64,000 nt of DNA from the NCBI GenBank assembly GCA_025594325.1, contig JANHCV010000006.1:682001-746000 (forward strand), written 5' to 3'. Shown here piece by piece: positions 23,474 through 36,631 of this stretch; the first letter of the stretch is position 1; each line of letters begins with the position of its first letter. The DNA is from Blastocladiella emersonii ATCC 22665 (Eukaryota > Fungi > Blastocladiomycota). The notes below the pieces were generated by a model. The model saw nothing but the letters and a program-made list of their open reading frames with translations, was not told where the DNA came from and made no database searches. Position numbers and translations under genes: made by a program.

Positions 23474-26400
23474 ATGCAAGTACGGCACCTGCGCACCGTC
23501 GTCAACGCGGCCGACGGCATCGCCAAGCTGTCGGCGGCCGCATGGTCGCCCAACGGCCAGAAGATCGCCATCGCCAACGCCGACCGCGTCATTGTGCTCT
23601 TCGACGAGACGGGCGAGCGCAAGGACAAGTTCTCGACCAAGGCCGCTGACCCCAATGTGCGTCTTTCTCGCCTCGCGCGCAACACCGCGGTCAAACGCTG
23701 ACCCGTGCGTGAACCTCCCAAACAGGCGGGCAAGAACTACACGGTGACGGGCCTCGCCTTCTCGCCCGACTCGACGAAACTGGCCGTCGCGCAGTCGGAC
23801 GGCGGCGTGTTCGTGTACCGCCTCGGGCTCGAGTGGGGCGAGAAAAAGTCGATCTGCAACAAGTTCATCCAGCCCGTCGAGGTGACGGCGCTCGTGTGGC
23901 CCAAGGACCAGCACGGCGTGCTCGCGTTCGCGACCGCCGACGGCAAGGTCAAGCTCGGCAACCTGAAAACCAACAAGGCCGCCACGCTGTACCAGGCCGA
24001 CAGCTACGCGACGTGCCTGGCCGCGTCCATGGACGGCAACGGCGTCGCCAGCGGGCACGCGAACGGCACCCTGCACCAGTTCCTGTTCGACGACGGCCGC
24101 GGGGCGCCCGCGCAGACGAAACTCGCGATGCATCCGAGCTGCCCGACGTGCATCGCGTGGACCAACACGGCCATTGCCGTCGGCGACGTCGACCGCACTG
24201 TCACCCTGTACGCGCCGACGACCGGCCGCGTCATGCAGCAGTTCGAGTACGGGCGCGACCCCGCCGAGGGCGATGTGACGGCCATGGCGAGTGCGCCGAC
24301 CGGGCAGAGTCTGCTGGTCGGGTCGCTCAACAAGCTGCGCGTCTACAACTACAGCGCGGGCAAGCAGCAGTGGATGGAGGTGCCGGCGGTCCCGCTCACC
24401 AACTTCTGCGCGGTGACCGCCATGGCGTGGAAGCCCGACGGCGCGCGCGTCGTGCTCGGGTCCGTGACGGGCGCGCTCGAGCTGTTCGACTGCTGCCTCA
24501 AGAAGACGCGGTACAAGGGCATGTTCGAGTTCACGTACGTGTCGCCGTCGCAGGTGCTCGTGAAGCGGCTCGCCACGGGTGCGCGGATCCTGCTCAAGTC
24601 GGCGTACGGGTACGAGTTCACCAAGATCAACATCTTCCAGGACCAGTTCCTCGTCGCCTACACGGAGCACACGCTGTGTCTCGGCGACCTCGCCAGCTGC
24701 AAGCTGTCCGAGATCCAGTGGCAGTCCGCGGGCAACGACCGGTTCCACTTCGCGTACCCGGGCGTGTGCATGATGTTCCACGCCGGCGAGCTGCTGCTCA
24801 TCGAGTACGGCGTCAACGATATCCTCGGGTCGTGCCGCACCGAGTTCATGAGCCCGCACCTCCTCTCGGTCCGCCTCAACGAGCGCCAGTCGCCCGCCCG
24901 CGCCATCGCGTACCTCGTCGACACCCAGACCATTCACATCATGGACCTCAACAACTCGAGCGGGAACAACGTCGCCGTCGTGCACCACGACACGCGCATC
25001 GACTGGCTCGAGCTGAGCGGGAAGGCCAACAAGCTCCTGTTCCGCGACAAGCGCAAGCACCTGCACCTGCTCGACGTGGTCACGCAGGAGTCGGTCACGC
25101 TGCTGCAGTTCTGCACCTACGTCCAGTGGGTGCCCAACTCGGACGTGGCCGTCGCGCAGTCGCGCAACTCGCTCTACGTCTGGTACGGCATCGACTCCCC
25201 CGACCGCGTCACGGTGCATCCGATCAAGGGCGACGTCCAGGACATTGTGCGCGCCGACGGGACGACTAGCGTGCTCGTCGACGAGGGGATTGCGACCGTC
25301 ACGTACACGCTCGACGAGGCCCTCATCGAGTTCGGGACCGCCATGGACGACCTCGACTGGGGCCGCGCCCTCGCGCTGCTCGAGACGCTCGAGCTCACGC
25401 CCGAGACCGAGGTCATGTGGCGCACGCTCTCGGGCCTCGCCATGCAGCACCGCCGCTTGCCGCTCGCAGAACGGTACGTTTGGTCGACTCGCGGTGGTGG
25501 CCATGGCTAACAACTGGACGGGTAGCTGCTTCGCGGCGCTCGGCGACGTGGCCAAGGCCATGTACATGCACCGCATCAACGACCTGATCGACGAGCTCAA
25601 GGCGCGCGACCCGACGCTCGAGGACCCGACGTCGCACTTTCTCGTCCGCGCCAAGCTCGCCGTCATGGAGCGCGAGTTCAAGACGGCCGAGCGCATCTAC
25701 CTCGAGCAGGTACGGAATACTCTCCTTCGGTTCGAGAGCTGGATTGACCCTCGACCGCGCGCACGTAGGGCCAGGTGCAGGCGGCCATGGAAATGTACCA
25801 GGAGATGCACAAGTGGGACGCGTCGATCAAAGTCGCCGAGCTCGCGCACCACCCGGACGTGGACCACCTGCGCCAGAAGTACTTTGAGTGGCTGCTCGAG
25901 AGCGGGCAGGAGGAGAAGGCGGCCGAGTTCCGCGAGGACGAGGCCGACTGGGTCGGCGCCGTCAACCTGTACCTCAAGGCGCGCATGCCGTCGCGCGCCG
26001 CGATGCTCCTCAAGCAGCGCAACCTGCTCGGCAACATGGAGCTCGTCGAGCGCACCGCGCACGCGCTCGCTACGGCGAAACTCTGGGATAAGGCCGGCGA
26101 GTTCTATCTCCTCCTCGGGCACAAGGATAAGGCGCTCGAGGCGTACGAGAAGGGCCACTGCTTCAAGCCCGCTATCGACCTGTGTCGCACGTACGCGCCC
26201 GAGCGCGTCATTCAGCTCGAGGAGGTACGGATTCACGACCATCGCTCGTGCGCGGACGCGAGACTGACGCGACGTGCGCGATCGTGTAGCAATGGGGCGA
26301 CTTCCTGGTCAGCACGCGGCAGCTCGAGTCGGCGATCCACCACTACATCGAGGGCAACCAGAACCTCAAGGCGCTGGAGACGGCGATCCACGTCAAGTCG

Positions 26401-29016
26401 TGGAACAAGGCGGCGTCGGTAGCCGACTCGCTGGATCCGTCGGACAGCGCTGTGCAGCAGTACTGCCGTACGCTGGCGCACCACTTCCAGGACGCGGGCG
26501 ACTACGCGCGGGCCGAGCGGTACTACCTCAAGGCCGGGCAGCCGATCGAGGCGGTGCAGATGTACAACGTGGCGGGCCAGTGGGACAAGGCGCACCGGCT
26601 CGCGGGGACCGTCATGGGCGCCGACGACGTGTACCACCTGTACACGCAGCTCGCGCACGAGAAGGAGGTGCGGGGCGCCGTCAAGGAGGCCGAGAAGCTG
26701 TACCTGATCCTGGGCGAGCCCGACCTCGCCATCAACATGTACAAGAACCTCAAGGACTACGACAAGATGGTCGAGCTCGTCGCCGTCTACCACAAGGACC
26801 TGCTCGGCGAGACCCACGTGTTCCTGGGGAAGACGCTCGAGAACGCGCAAAACTACCGCCAGGCCGAGCACCACTACCTCCAGGCCAACGACTGGAAGTC
26901 TGCCGTCAACATGTACTGCTCGTGCCACCTGTACGAGGACGCGCACCGCGTCGCGAAACTGCACGGCGGCGCGTACGCCGCCAAGCAGGTCGCGTACCTG
27001 TGGGCGCGCTCGCTCGGCGGCGAGGCCGGCGCCAAGCTCCTCATCAAGCACGGCCTGCTCGAATACGCGATTGATTTCGCCGCCGAGAACGCCGCCTTTG
27101 ACTTCGCCTTCGAGCTGTGCAAGTTCGCCAACAAGGGCAAGGACGCCGACGTGTACCTCAAGCAGGCCATGTTCCTCGAGGACGAGGGCAAGTTCGCTGA
27201 GGCCGAAGCCGCGTTCGTCAAGGCCGCGAAGCCCAAGGAGGCGATCCTCATGCACATCCACAACGAGGACTGGGACGCGGCGCAGCGCGTGGCCGAGACC
27301 CACGACCCGCCCGCGGTCCCGGACGTGCTGTGCGGCCGCGCCAAGGTCGTCTTCGGCAAGGGCGACCCCGCCGCCGCCGAGGCCCTGTGCCTGCAGGCGC
27401 AGCGGCCCGAGGCCGCGCTCGCCCTGTACAAGGAGGCGGGCAAGTGGGCGGACGCGCTGCGGTTCGCGAAAGAGTACGTGCCCGCGAAAGCCGCGGCCAT
27501 TGCCGCCGAACACGACTCGTTCCTGCGCGACCGCACCGACGCCAACCGCGACGAGCTGCTCTCGACGGGCCGCATGCTCGAGCAGCAGGGCGACGCGCCA
27601 CGCGCCATCGAGGTGTACCTCAAGGTCACGGCCACCTCGCCCGAGGACGCCGCCGCACACTGCCTCCCCGCGTGGGTGCGCGCCGCCGAGCTCGCGCTCA
27701 AGTTCACGCCCGGCGCGAAAGCGCAGTCCGTCGCGCGCGCGGTGGCGACCAAGCTGGCCGACGCGGGCCGGCCCGACGGCGCCGGCGACGTGCTCGCGCT
27801 CGCCGAGCTGTACCGCGACGCGTGCGAGGCGTACGCGCGCGGCGGGTGCTGGGACAAGTGCAAGCAGCTCGGGCGCGTGCAGCCGACGCTGCAGCCGCAC
27901 ATCGACGCGCTGTACGTGGCGCACCTCAAGCGCAGCGGCGCCGCCGACGCCCTCGTCGCCCTCGACGTCGACGCCGCGTGCCAGGTCCTCGCGCAGCGCG
28001 GTGAGTGGGACCAGTGTCTCGCTGCTGCGGCGGCCGCCAAGGACGCGAACGTCATGCAGCGGCACCTCATGCTGTTCGCCAACGCCATGCTCGCGGCCGG
28101 GTCGCTCGACAAGCTCCTCGCCCGGCTCGCGCAGTACGGCGCGCCAACGACCCAGGGGTTCCTCGACCTGTACTCGATGGTGTTCAGCAAGGTGCTCCAC
28201 CAGCAGGACGCGCTGGCGGAGACGGACCCGGCGAAGCTCGACCTCGCGCTGTCCGCGCGCGAGCTCCTCAAGAAGCTCCACGGCGCGCTTGGCGGCGCCA
28301 TGCCCGCGGACCTCCGCGCGCTCCTGTTCGTCGCGCACCTGCAGTACATGCACGCGTACTGCCGGCAGCGCGCCTCTGCCGCCGGTTCCAACGCCTCCGG
28401 TGGCGCCCCGCTCCTCGCATACGCCGCGAAACACGCCATCGCGCTGCTGCGGTACCCGGACCGCCCGGTGCCCGTGGACCGGGCCCTGTACGTGGCGGGG
28501 ACCGCGTGCCGCGACGCGGGCGCTGGCATGGACCGCATGGCGTTCACGCTGCTGAACCGGTTCCTGGACGTGTCGGACGCGATCGAGGACCCGAGCGCGG
28601 ACGCAGTGGCGGCGCTGGCCGAGGCGCCCGAGTTCGACCCGGCGTCTACGGGGTGCGACATCCCGCGCGTCTCGGTGCTCCCGCGCTCGCCCGCGGTCGA
28701 CGAGCCCGCCCGCGAGGCCGTGCGCGACTGGGTGCTCGGCGTGTCGCTGGAGCGGCGCGTGGTCGCGGAGCTCGACGCGCGCGCGTGCGAGAAGTGCAGC
28801 GCCAAGGTGTACGACGCGGCGCTGGTGTGCCACGCGTGCGCGTGCAAGTGGGAGCCGTGTATCGTGACGGGGTACCCGGTGCTCAAGAACGCGACGCGGT
28901 GCCCCGGGTGCAGCCAGCCCGCGAACAAGGACGACTGGAACCGGTTCGTCGTCCAGGAGAAGAAGTGTCCGTGGTGTCTCACGGCGCAGGGGCTCGCGTA
29001 CTCGCTCAAGGGGTGA
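23474..29016 (+). CDS. IFT172: Intraflagellar transport protein IFT172
   Basis: MQVRHL...WSPNG..DKFSTK...AFSPDSTKLAVAQSD..VFVYRLG.EWGEKKSICNKF; WD40 N-half, TPR-like C-half, terminal CIVTGYPV zinc-like region. Several short introns; length fits a full-size IFT172. Confidence 0.95.
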
Positions 29017-29105
29017 TGAATGTGATGGCAAGGAGGAGGAGACTTGGAGGAGTTGCACACACGCGTATATACGATTTGGATTCAAAATTGGGGTTCGGGA
29101 TACGA

Positions 29106-32002
29106 TCACGACGGCCTTGGTGCCGGCGCTGCCGCCGCGGGCGACGATGCCGTGAGGACGTACCGCGCGGGGAGCGACGGGACCGGCGGCATCCTCGATT
29201 CACGCGCGACCTTGCCGCTCTCGCCAGCAGCCGGCGCAACCGCAGCGCTGTTACTGCCGCCAGCGACCACGATCACCGGGCCCGGGTTCCCCGGCGCTGC
29301 GAGCGGGACCATGTGCGTGATCATCTCGGGCGTGAGCGACTTGCGGCGGAGGTGCGTTGGCGGTGCGGGCGGGTCGGGGACCGCGCCCTGGAGCAGGCCC
29401 GCGAACAGCCCGCTCGACGACGACGGAGTCGGCTCGCCCGCGTCAAAGTCCGCGAGCCGGTGGCGCTTCCCGCCCGCGGAACTGCGACTCCGGCTCCGTG
29501 GGGTGGGCGCCGTGGCCGCGGTCGTGGACGTCGCGGTCGTCGGCGGGACGCTGAGCGGAGACCCGCCCGTCGACCGGCTGCGCTGGTGCCGGGCCACAGT
29601 GCCGCGGGTGGATGGCGCGAGGGCCGCGGGGCTGAGCGATGCCGTGATCCCCTTGACCGTCGTCGTCGAGACCGACGCGCCAGCGGACGCCGTGGACGAT
29701 GCAGTCGAGGACCCGAGCGGCACCCCACCACTGCTGCTGACGGCGTCCCCGGTGCGACGACTGCGACTGCCACCGCTCCCTCCACTACCGCCGTTCCCGC
29801 CGCGGTGGTTCCGCCCCGTGAGCGCCATGGCGTCAGCGCCCGCGCTCGACGTGCCGCGCGCAGCCGTCGCGGCGGTCGCCGTAGTCCGAACAAACACCTT
29901 GGCGACGAGCACGTCGACGAGGCGCACGAGCAGGTGTCGGTTGCGGAACGCGGACGCGAGCGCGCCGAACGTATGGTCGCGGACCACGGGCCGCAGGGCA
30001 TCCGGAACCACCGACGCGGCGCGCGCGCGCCACACGTCGATCTCGGCCTCGGGCGTCGCCGCACTCGTCGCGGGCGCAGCCGGCGCCGAGTCGCGGATCA
30101 ACCCCGCGATCCACCTCACCCCGCGCGCGGCGTTTCCCGCGGTCAGCGGGCGCATGGCTGCGACGACGAGGTACCGGTCGACCCAGCTACCGGCGAAAAA
30201 GCGCAGCGGCGGGCGCAGCCACAGGTGCCACAGCAGCGCGGCCCACCGCGTCGCCGTCGACGACGCGAACAGGACGACGTGGTCGAGCGCGGCCACGAGC
30301 GGCACATCGAGCTGGTGCAATGCCGCGGTCCCCGCGGCCGCCGGGAACACGCGCGAGCGCAGGTTCGCGAACGGTTTACGGTGGAGCGCCGGCGTCCCGC
30401 GCGCGGAGGGCGGCGCCGAAGGTGGTGGCGAAGGCGGCGACGCGAACCACCCGCGCAGCCGGTGCAGGATCGTGTGCCACAGGACGGACGTGTGGTACCA
30501 CACCCAGTGCGCGATGGTCGTCCAGTGCGGCATCCGCGGCCCCGCACGCGGCAGGCCGTCGTCGCCCTCGCCGCCTCTCTGCGCGGCCGCGGTGATGGCC
30601 TGGAACAGCACGACCGGGTCGGTCCCCGCGTCGAAGATGAGCGCGAGCACGCCGGCGACGAGCTCGCGCACGAGCAGCCGCTCGGCGTCGGCGTCGAGCG
30701 AGGCAGGAGGCAGGCACGCGGTCACGACCACGTTGGCCACGGTACGCAGGTACTCGTTGAAGTGCGGCAGCTCGACGTCGCCGGACTTGTCGGCGGTGGT
30801 CGGGTCGGGCTCGAGCGCGGCGTGCGGGAGGTACGCCTGGAACGCCACGTCGAGCGGGGCGAGGCGGACGCGCGGGTGGCGCGCGGTCCATCCCGGCCCG
30901 GGGTCCGGCGGCGGTGGCGCGGCGGGTGTTGGGTTTTGGTTGGAGGGCGGACGGGGTAATGGTGGTGGTGGGTTGAGGTGGAGCGGGCGGAAGGTGGGTG
31001 CGGTCGGCGACGAGACGCTCCGCTGGTGCGTCGGCGGACCCGTTGAGCCCGACGACCGGTTCGCGGCCGCCACGTTGAGCGACATGGACGAGCCCACCCG
31101 CGGCGGCGTCGGCGGGCCCGGCGGCGCGGGCTGCCGCGCGGCGGACAGGGTCGACGTGGTGAGGTGCGCGAGGAGCGGGGTCTGCGCGACCGAGTACGCG
31201 GCGTAGTGCTGCTGCAGGACGAGCGGGATGTCGACGAGCAGAACGCTGGCCCAGTCCACCTACAGCGCGGCGGAATCAGCTCGAGCCTGTGCGAGATCGG
31301 CAGGTGAGACAATCGAACCTGGAGAATCCGGTCCTCGATGGCGCGCATGGCGTGGGCGAGCGCGTGCAGCAACGCGCGCTGAAAGTCGCGGTTGGTTGAG
31401 ATGTCGCAGAACCACGCCTTGGTCACGTACTGGTCGACGATGGTGCAGGCCAGCGCGCGCGCCTCGTGGTCCACGACGGGGTACCGGCTGAAGCGCAGCG
31501 ACGCGGCGACCGACACGTCTGGATCAGGGACAGCTGCAGCTGGAGGTGGCGGCGCGGGTGGCGCAGTCGCGGTCTGTGACGGCAGGCGTGGCGGCGGGCC
31601 CGGTGGTGGCGCAGGGAGCGGGAACGCGTGGTGGTGGAGGTGGTGCTCCGCGGGTGGCGTCCGCGCGAGCGTGCCGGGGAGGAGCAGGTCCGCGTGATGA
31701 TGGTGCTCAGACCATGGTGGTGGAGCCGGCGCGGGTGCGGTCAAGGTGGAGGGCGGCGGGTGGCGGAGCGACGCGGCGAGAGACGGGGCCGACGAGGGCG
31801 TGGATGACGACGACCGCGAGGATGACGAGGTCGTAAACGAGGATGACGACAACGACGATGCGCGACCGCCGAGACCGCCGAGCGACCGGACCCGCGCAAC
31901 GGGCGAGGCAGCAGCGCCGGACGGGTCAGCCGGTGGGCCAGTCGCGGTCCGCGTCGCGTGCGCCGGCGAGGAGGACGGCGGAGGGGTTGCAGAGGCGGAC
32001 AT
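29106..32002 (-). CDS. PXA-domain protein with low-complexity termini
   Basis: IVDQYVTKAWFCDISTNRDF..ALLHALAHAMRAIEDRILQ|VDWASVLLVDIPLVLQQHY...YLRTVANVVVTACLP..LDADAERLLVRELVAGVL is a PXA-like pattern; intron near 31261-31317. Confidence 0.68.
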
Positions 32003-32410
32003 GTGCGAGCTACGTGGTGGTGCGATGCATGGGCAGGCGATACATGGTCGTAGTCGGGGGGAGGGATAGTAGGGGGAGAGGGGAGCGCTGCACAGCCGAA
32101 TCTGCGACCCGAACGGCCGCGCGGCGGCACGCGCCACGGAGACGCCTAAACGGGAAACTCTACGTGAACCACCGCACGTGACGCATGAAGCACGCGTCTC
32201 GCCACGCCAGCTTCGTGGCGGGCTTAGTGGCCGCTTCGTGGGTGGCCACGAAGAATCGCTGACAGCGCCGCCTCGTGCGAGTCCGATCACATATCCATCG
32301 TGTAAAGTAGCAGGTTTCGTTGATGGCACACCGATTGTTGGTGAGAAAGAAAGTGGTGAGTGTATTGAGCGTGCGATGGAGGATATCAAGTGTGGTCAAC
32401 AATAATCACA

Positions 32411-32800
32411 CTACCAGTACTTCCAGACGAGCGCGACGCAGACCGCGATCACGACGAGAATCGCCAAGCGCTTGGCCATCTGGACGCGCGCCTTGTGCTG
32501 CGCGTACCACATCCGGCGCTCCTTGTACTCGGCGGCACGCATCGCACTGCGTGTCGGGCGGCGCGGAACGCCGAGGACCTGCGCAGCGAGGAAACTTGGG
32601 CGGGATCGAGTGCGCTTGATGGCGAGCTCGAGCGTCCGCGGATGAGTGGCGTGCGGTCCGGCCAGCTGCATCCGGAGCGCGACGTCGGCTGGCAGGCTCG
32701 GGGTGGTAGGCGAGAGACCATGAGCGGGGCGAGGAACTTTGGCGGCGGAGGAGCCAGCCGTTGCGCCGCGTGAGCCTGAGCAGGTGGTCGTGTTGGCCAT
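32411..32800 (-). CDS. Small hypothetical tail-anchored protein (129 aa)
   Basis: MANTTTCS...EYKERRMWYAQHKARVQMAKR followed by LAILVVIAVCVALVWKYW*; GC3-rich codons. Confidence 0.55.
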   Translation of the reverse strand: MANTTTCSGSRGATAGSSAAKVPRPAHGLSPTTPSLPADVALRMQLAGPHATHPRTLELAIKRTRSRPSFLAAQVLGVPRRPTRSAMRAAEYKERRMWYAQHKARVQMAKRLAILVVIAVCVALVWKYW

Positions 32801-32869
32801 GGTCGGGTGGTGTGAGCGAGCACGGTGTCGAGATGGGACTTGGGCGTTGGGGAGAAGGAAAAGGGGGGG

Positions 32870-32935
32870 GGGGTAGCCGAGGCTATCGTACCGCGAGGGT
32901 GTGGGGTAGCCGAGGCTCTCGTATCGCGAGGGTGT
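32870..32935. repeat. 2 x 33-bp tandem repeat
   Basis: GGGGTAGCCGAGGCT(A/C)TCGTA(C/T)CGCGAGGGTGT occurs twice. Confidence 0.8.
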
Positions 32936-34189
32936 GGTGGACGGAGAACCCGAAGCAGCGCGAGTATGGAAGGTCGATCGGTTGAAGAGCGTTCGCCTAA
33001 GTGTGGAAGAGTAGGCGGTACTTATACGGGGTGTCCTTCGTCTCGTCGCGTCATGGTCAACATTTGGGCGGCCACGGCCATCACCACCCGTCGGAACCTT
33101 TCCACGCCTTGCCAAACAGGACTGAGTTAAAGGCCCAAGTCTAGCCAAGCTAGGCAAGGAACAATCGTGCGGAGGGGGGAACAAGCGTGTGCGCGCGGGG
33201 ACCTGCGATTCTCGATCTCCAACGTCAGCGCCAACTCACGCTTGCGCGCCTTGACTGTTCGATTCCGCGCGCCCCGTCGCACGGGCCTTGCGGAACTGCT
33301 TTGTCCGAGCCCGGCGTTATCGATTTTGTGTTCGGGCCGCGGGTCCCGGCCAGCACGTCATGCCTCCCAAGTGCTTGTTACCTGCCATCTTTGCTCTCCC
33401 ACTGTTCCCTCACCTCACCGCAAGCGCTATCGGCGCGCTATCGTCACTTCGAACAATCAGGCGGCGCTCCGCCGGATCCGTGTGCGGGGTCCACTACAGG
33501 CTTCTGGACATTGTGTTTGGCATGTCGGCGGGTGGCGAACGACCGCGATTGAGTGGACATCAACAAATCTAGCCGGCGGAGCGCATGGAATCTTCGGACA
33601 TGCCCGATCAAGGTCTTGGTAAGAGTGAGAGAGCATGAATTTAGCACAATCCGGCAGCCTTACGAGCTGCTGCGCCCCCGCATAGTTTGCCAGCAGCGAA
33701 CGACACCGACAAGGTCTATGCGCAATAACAGCCTTTGCTTACTATTGCAGGAACTCTCCTGGACCCACGCCACTGGGTTTGTGGGATAGGAAGCCGGTGG
33801 TCGGCGAGGCGAACGAGCGCGCGCGGCCGTCGCGCGTCTTAGGTCACGGGGACTCGGCTGAGCGCGTTGCGCCACAGCTCACGTGCTCTCGTGTCGCGTC
33901 GCGTCTCCCACTTCCGTGTCCCCCGCATTCGAGCCTACAGGCAAGCGATTCACCCAACGTCGCCCACATAGACTTGGACGCGCGCTGAATCAAAATAGCG
34001 CTTCTGAGGCAAATCGTGGGTTTTGTTTAGCGCCAGTTCTCGGACAAACTTAGGTTCAGGGCAAGGACACATGATGCCTCGCTTGAGCAAGCTTTTTGCG
34101 CTTGGCCTCCATCTAAGTATACAGCAGTCAATGTCTAATATCCTATGAGCAGATCGTGGATATTTGGCTGCGACTGCGGTTCTGCGTTG

Positions 34190-34343
34190 GGGGTACGATG
34201 GATACGGCGTATGGGTAGACTGAGCTGCATGGTCTCGAGGCAACCGCGTCGCGTTCGACACTCGTCGGGCGTGTCGCAAGTGCCGTAAGTGGATTCTGGT
34301 TCGTCCCGGCGCCCGCCACTCACCTCTTTTTGCCGCTCGTCTG
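34190..34343 (+). repeat. 154-bp dispersed direct repeat, copy 1
   Basis: Ungapped match to 37631-37784 with about 6 mismatches counted by eye. Confidence 0.9.
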
Positions 34344-34433
34344 TTTTTAGCCTTTCCTTTCCAGCTTCCAGCTTCCAGCTTCCAGCTCCGCGCACTCGCG
34401 GGCCAGCTGCCGACTCGCACCCGTCTACACCAG

Positions 34434-34800
34434 TTCTGGCCGCACCGCTACGAGTCGCCCAACTGCGCCGAACGCCTCAAGAATGGCATCGAGGTCGCTG
34501 ACATGCAGGTGAACGCGTTCGCGTGCCCCTCTTCGCGCGCGCTCGTCCCCACGGCGCTCGACGACGCCGCCGCACGCATGGGTAACGCCCTTGCGGCGGT
34601 CGCCAAAGCCGAGATCGGCGGCGGCCTCCGCGCCAGCGTCGCCGGCTCGCTCGCCAAGCGGCTCTTCAACCCGAACCACGTTGAGCGTGCTGCGGCCGCC
34701 ATCGTGGACGCGCCACTCGTCGCGTGGTTCAAGCAGATGTACGGCCACCTGCGAGAGCTCATCGACCCGCGCCTCGCGCTCTTCGCCGCGACGGCCCTTA
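34434..34800 (+). pseudogene. Orphan 3' exon of an unidentified gene, cut by the MITE
   Basis: CAG acceptor at 34431-34433, then GC3-rich FWPHRYESPNCAERLKNGIEVADMQVNAFACP...RLALFAATAL; no upstream exon is evident. Confidence 0.5.
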
Positions 34801-35537
34801 GCGGACCTGCGCACGTTCCGTTGAAGTCACCCAGCGTTGAAGGTTGAAGATGAAGCGCCACAGCCGGCATCCAGCGGAGCATCGGCGGACCTCGGCGGAC
34901 CTCACCCCAAAAATCAATACATCGTCTACACCTCACCCAACTTGCTGCACAGTGTCAGGGGAGGTCCCAGTGGGTCGCACGAAGAGTTTCGTGGTCAAAC
35001 GCGGGTGTCGCGAAATCCGCCAACTTCGACTACCCTCAACCTCGCCGATTGACGCGACAGAGCTCCCTCTCTACTTTCAAAACCCACCACAGACCTCATG
35101 AAAGTCTTATAAGCAGCTATTGTCGTCATCCTTACCTCAGGCTGCGATGAAAACTTGGTCAGAGATGTGACGACTCCTTGCCCTCCCTGCCGCTCTCATT
35201 CATGATGGAAGGCTCGATGGCCTCGGTCGATCGCATCAAGCCGGTAAGGAACGTCTTTGGCGAGCATAAGGGCGATCGTGCCGGCGTGGGGAAGCCAGAC
35301 GAACAGGACGAAGTTGACGGATTTCGCGACACCCGCGTTTGATCACGAAACATTTCGTGCGATCCACTAGGACCTCCCCTGACGCAGTGCAGCAAGTTGA
35401 GTGAGCTGTAGACGATGTATTGATTTTAGGGGGTGAGGTCCGCCGAGGTCCGCCGATGCTCCGCTGGCTGCCGGCTGTGGCGCTTCAACTTCAACCTTCA
35501 ACGCTGGGTGACTTCAACGGAACGTGCGCAGGTCCGC
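34801..35537. mobile_element. MITE (non-autonomous Tc1/mariner-type) with about 225-bp terminal inverted repeats and TA target duplication
   Basis: TA|GCGGACCTGCGCACGTTCCGTTGAAGTCACC... at the left end and its reverse complement ...GGTGACTTCAACGGAACGTGCGCAGGTCCGC|TA at the right end; non-coding core. Confidence 0.85.
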
Positions 35538-35594
35538 TATTGCCTTGAGCACTGCGAGGACACAACAAAGACAAGATCAATGAATGACACACAA

Positions 35595-36631
35595 TCACTC
35601 CTCCTTCGCCTGGTCCTTGCTGTTACCCGCACCAGCAAGCTTCATGGCCGCGAGCTCCTCGTCAAGAAAATCGTACGCCTGATACTTGGCAGCCGAGGCG
35701 AGATCGAAACATTCGAGCATCCCAGCAAGCTTCATCAAGGAGCGCCAGTCGTCAAGATCGAGGTCGGCCGGATCAACAGAAAGCGATTTGAGCGCCGGCG
35801 CGATTGCCTTAGGAATCGGAGCGCCAGGAAGCCAATTGGTGTAGAGGTGAACTAGCGCGAGGACAAACACGTTGGTGGACCAGGCGGGCAGCTTGATAGT
35901 GTCGTCCGCGTTCTTGAGACGCGACCACTCGCCGCGGAACATTAGCGCAAAGAAAGGCGAAGCAGGAACGAGAATAGCGCGAGAGGAAAAGACAGGCGTG
36001 GTTGCATCTCCGGATAGAAACTGGACATCAGAAACTGCCGGGTCATTAAAAAGACTGCACATGTCGTTGATCGAGCGAACCACCACGTCACCTGCGGGTG
36101 AACTAGGATCGTGGAAGGAAATCACAACCAAGCGAAGGTATCGGGGCAAGTAGGTTTCGTCAAGGCGATCCCACACAACTGTAGTTGAAGCAGCAGATGC
36201 GGAACTGACCACGCTAAAGACCTTTTTGGATGAGGAATGCGCGTCGATGACCAAAGTGCAAGAGAAAGTGCGGGCTGGTTCGCTGCACTTTTCAAGAACG
36301 AGAATGACCTTGTACTGATCGCAGCTGTTCTCGATTCGAACAAAATTGAGGTAAAACTCGGTTGCTCCAAGGGATCCGCCCGCATCGGAACCCGGAGTTC
36401 GAAATCCTTTGGCAGATCCAAGGCTGTCTCGTCTCATCGCGAAGTGATGAACGGGCCTGCCTTCAACTTGCGAAGTATATGGCGCGAAGAACGCAACCTA
36501 TTTGATACGGGTTTAATTCCTGGACCATCGGTGCTCGAGCGACCATGCGTACAGGAAACTCCATCTGTCTTTAGGGTTTCATTGCTTGAAAGTGAGGTCG
36601 AGAGCAGGCATGGCGGGCGCCCAGAGGCCAC
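35595..36631 (-). CDS. BTB/POZ-domain protein with a beta-rich (MATH-like?) N-terminus
   Basis: LFNDPAVSDVQFL...VFSSRAILVPASPFFALMFRGEW...TIKLP..STNVF...HLYT is a BTB pattern; probable first exon from ATG 36631 with an intron. Confidence 0.75.

Noticed and set aside
33257-33266. tRNA B-box-like GTTCGATTCC
   Set aside because: The flanks do not form a T-stem or cloverleaf, and there is no A box.
32870-34387. Short tandem repeats (2 x 33 bp; (TTCCAGC)4 at about 34359-34387) as CRISPR-like arrays
   Set aside because: No unique spacers, no cas genes, and the context is eukaryotic.
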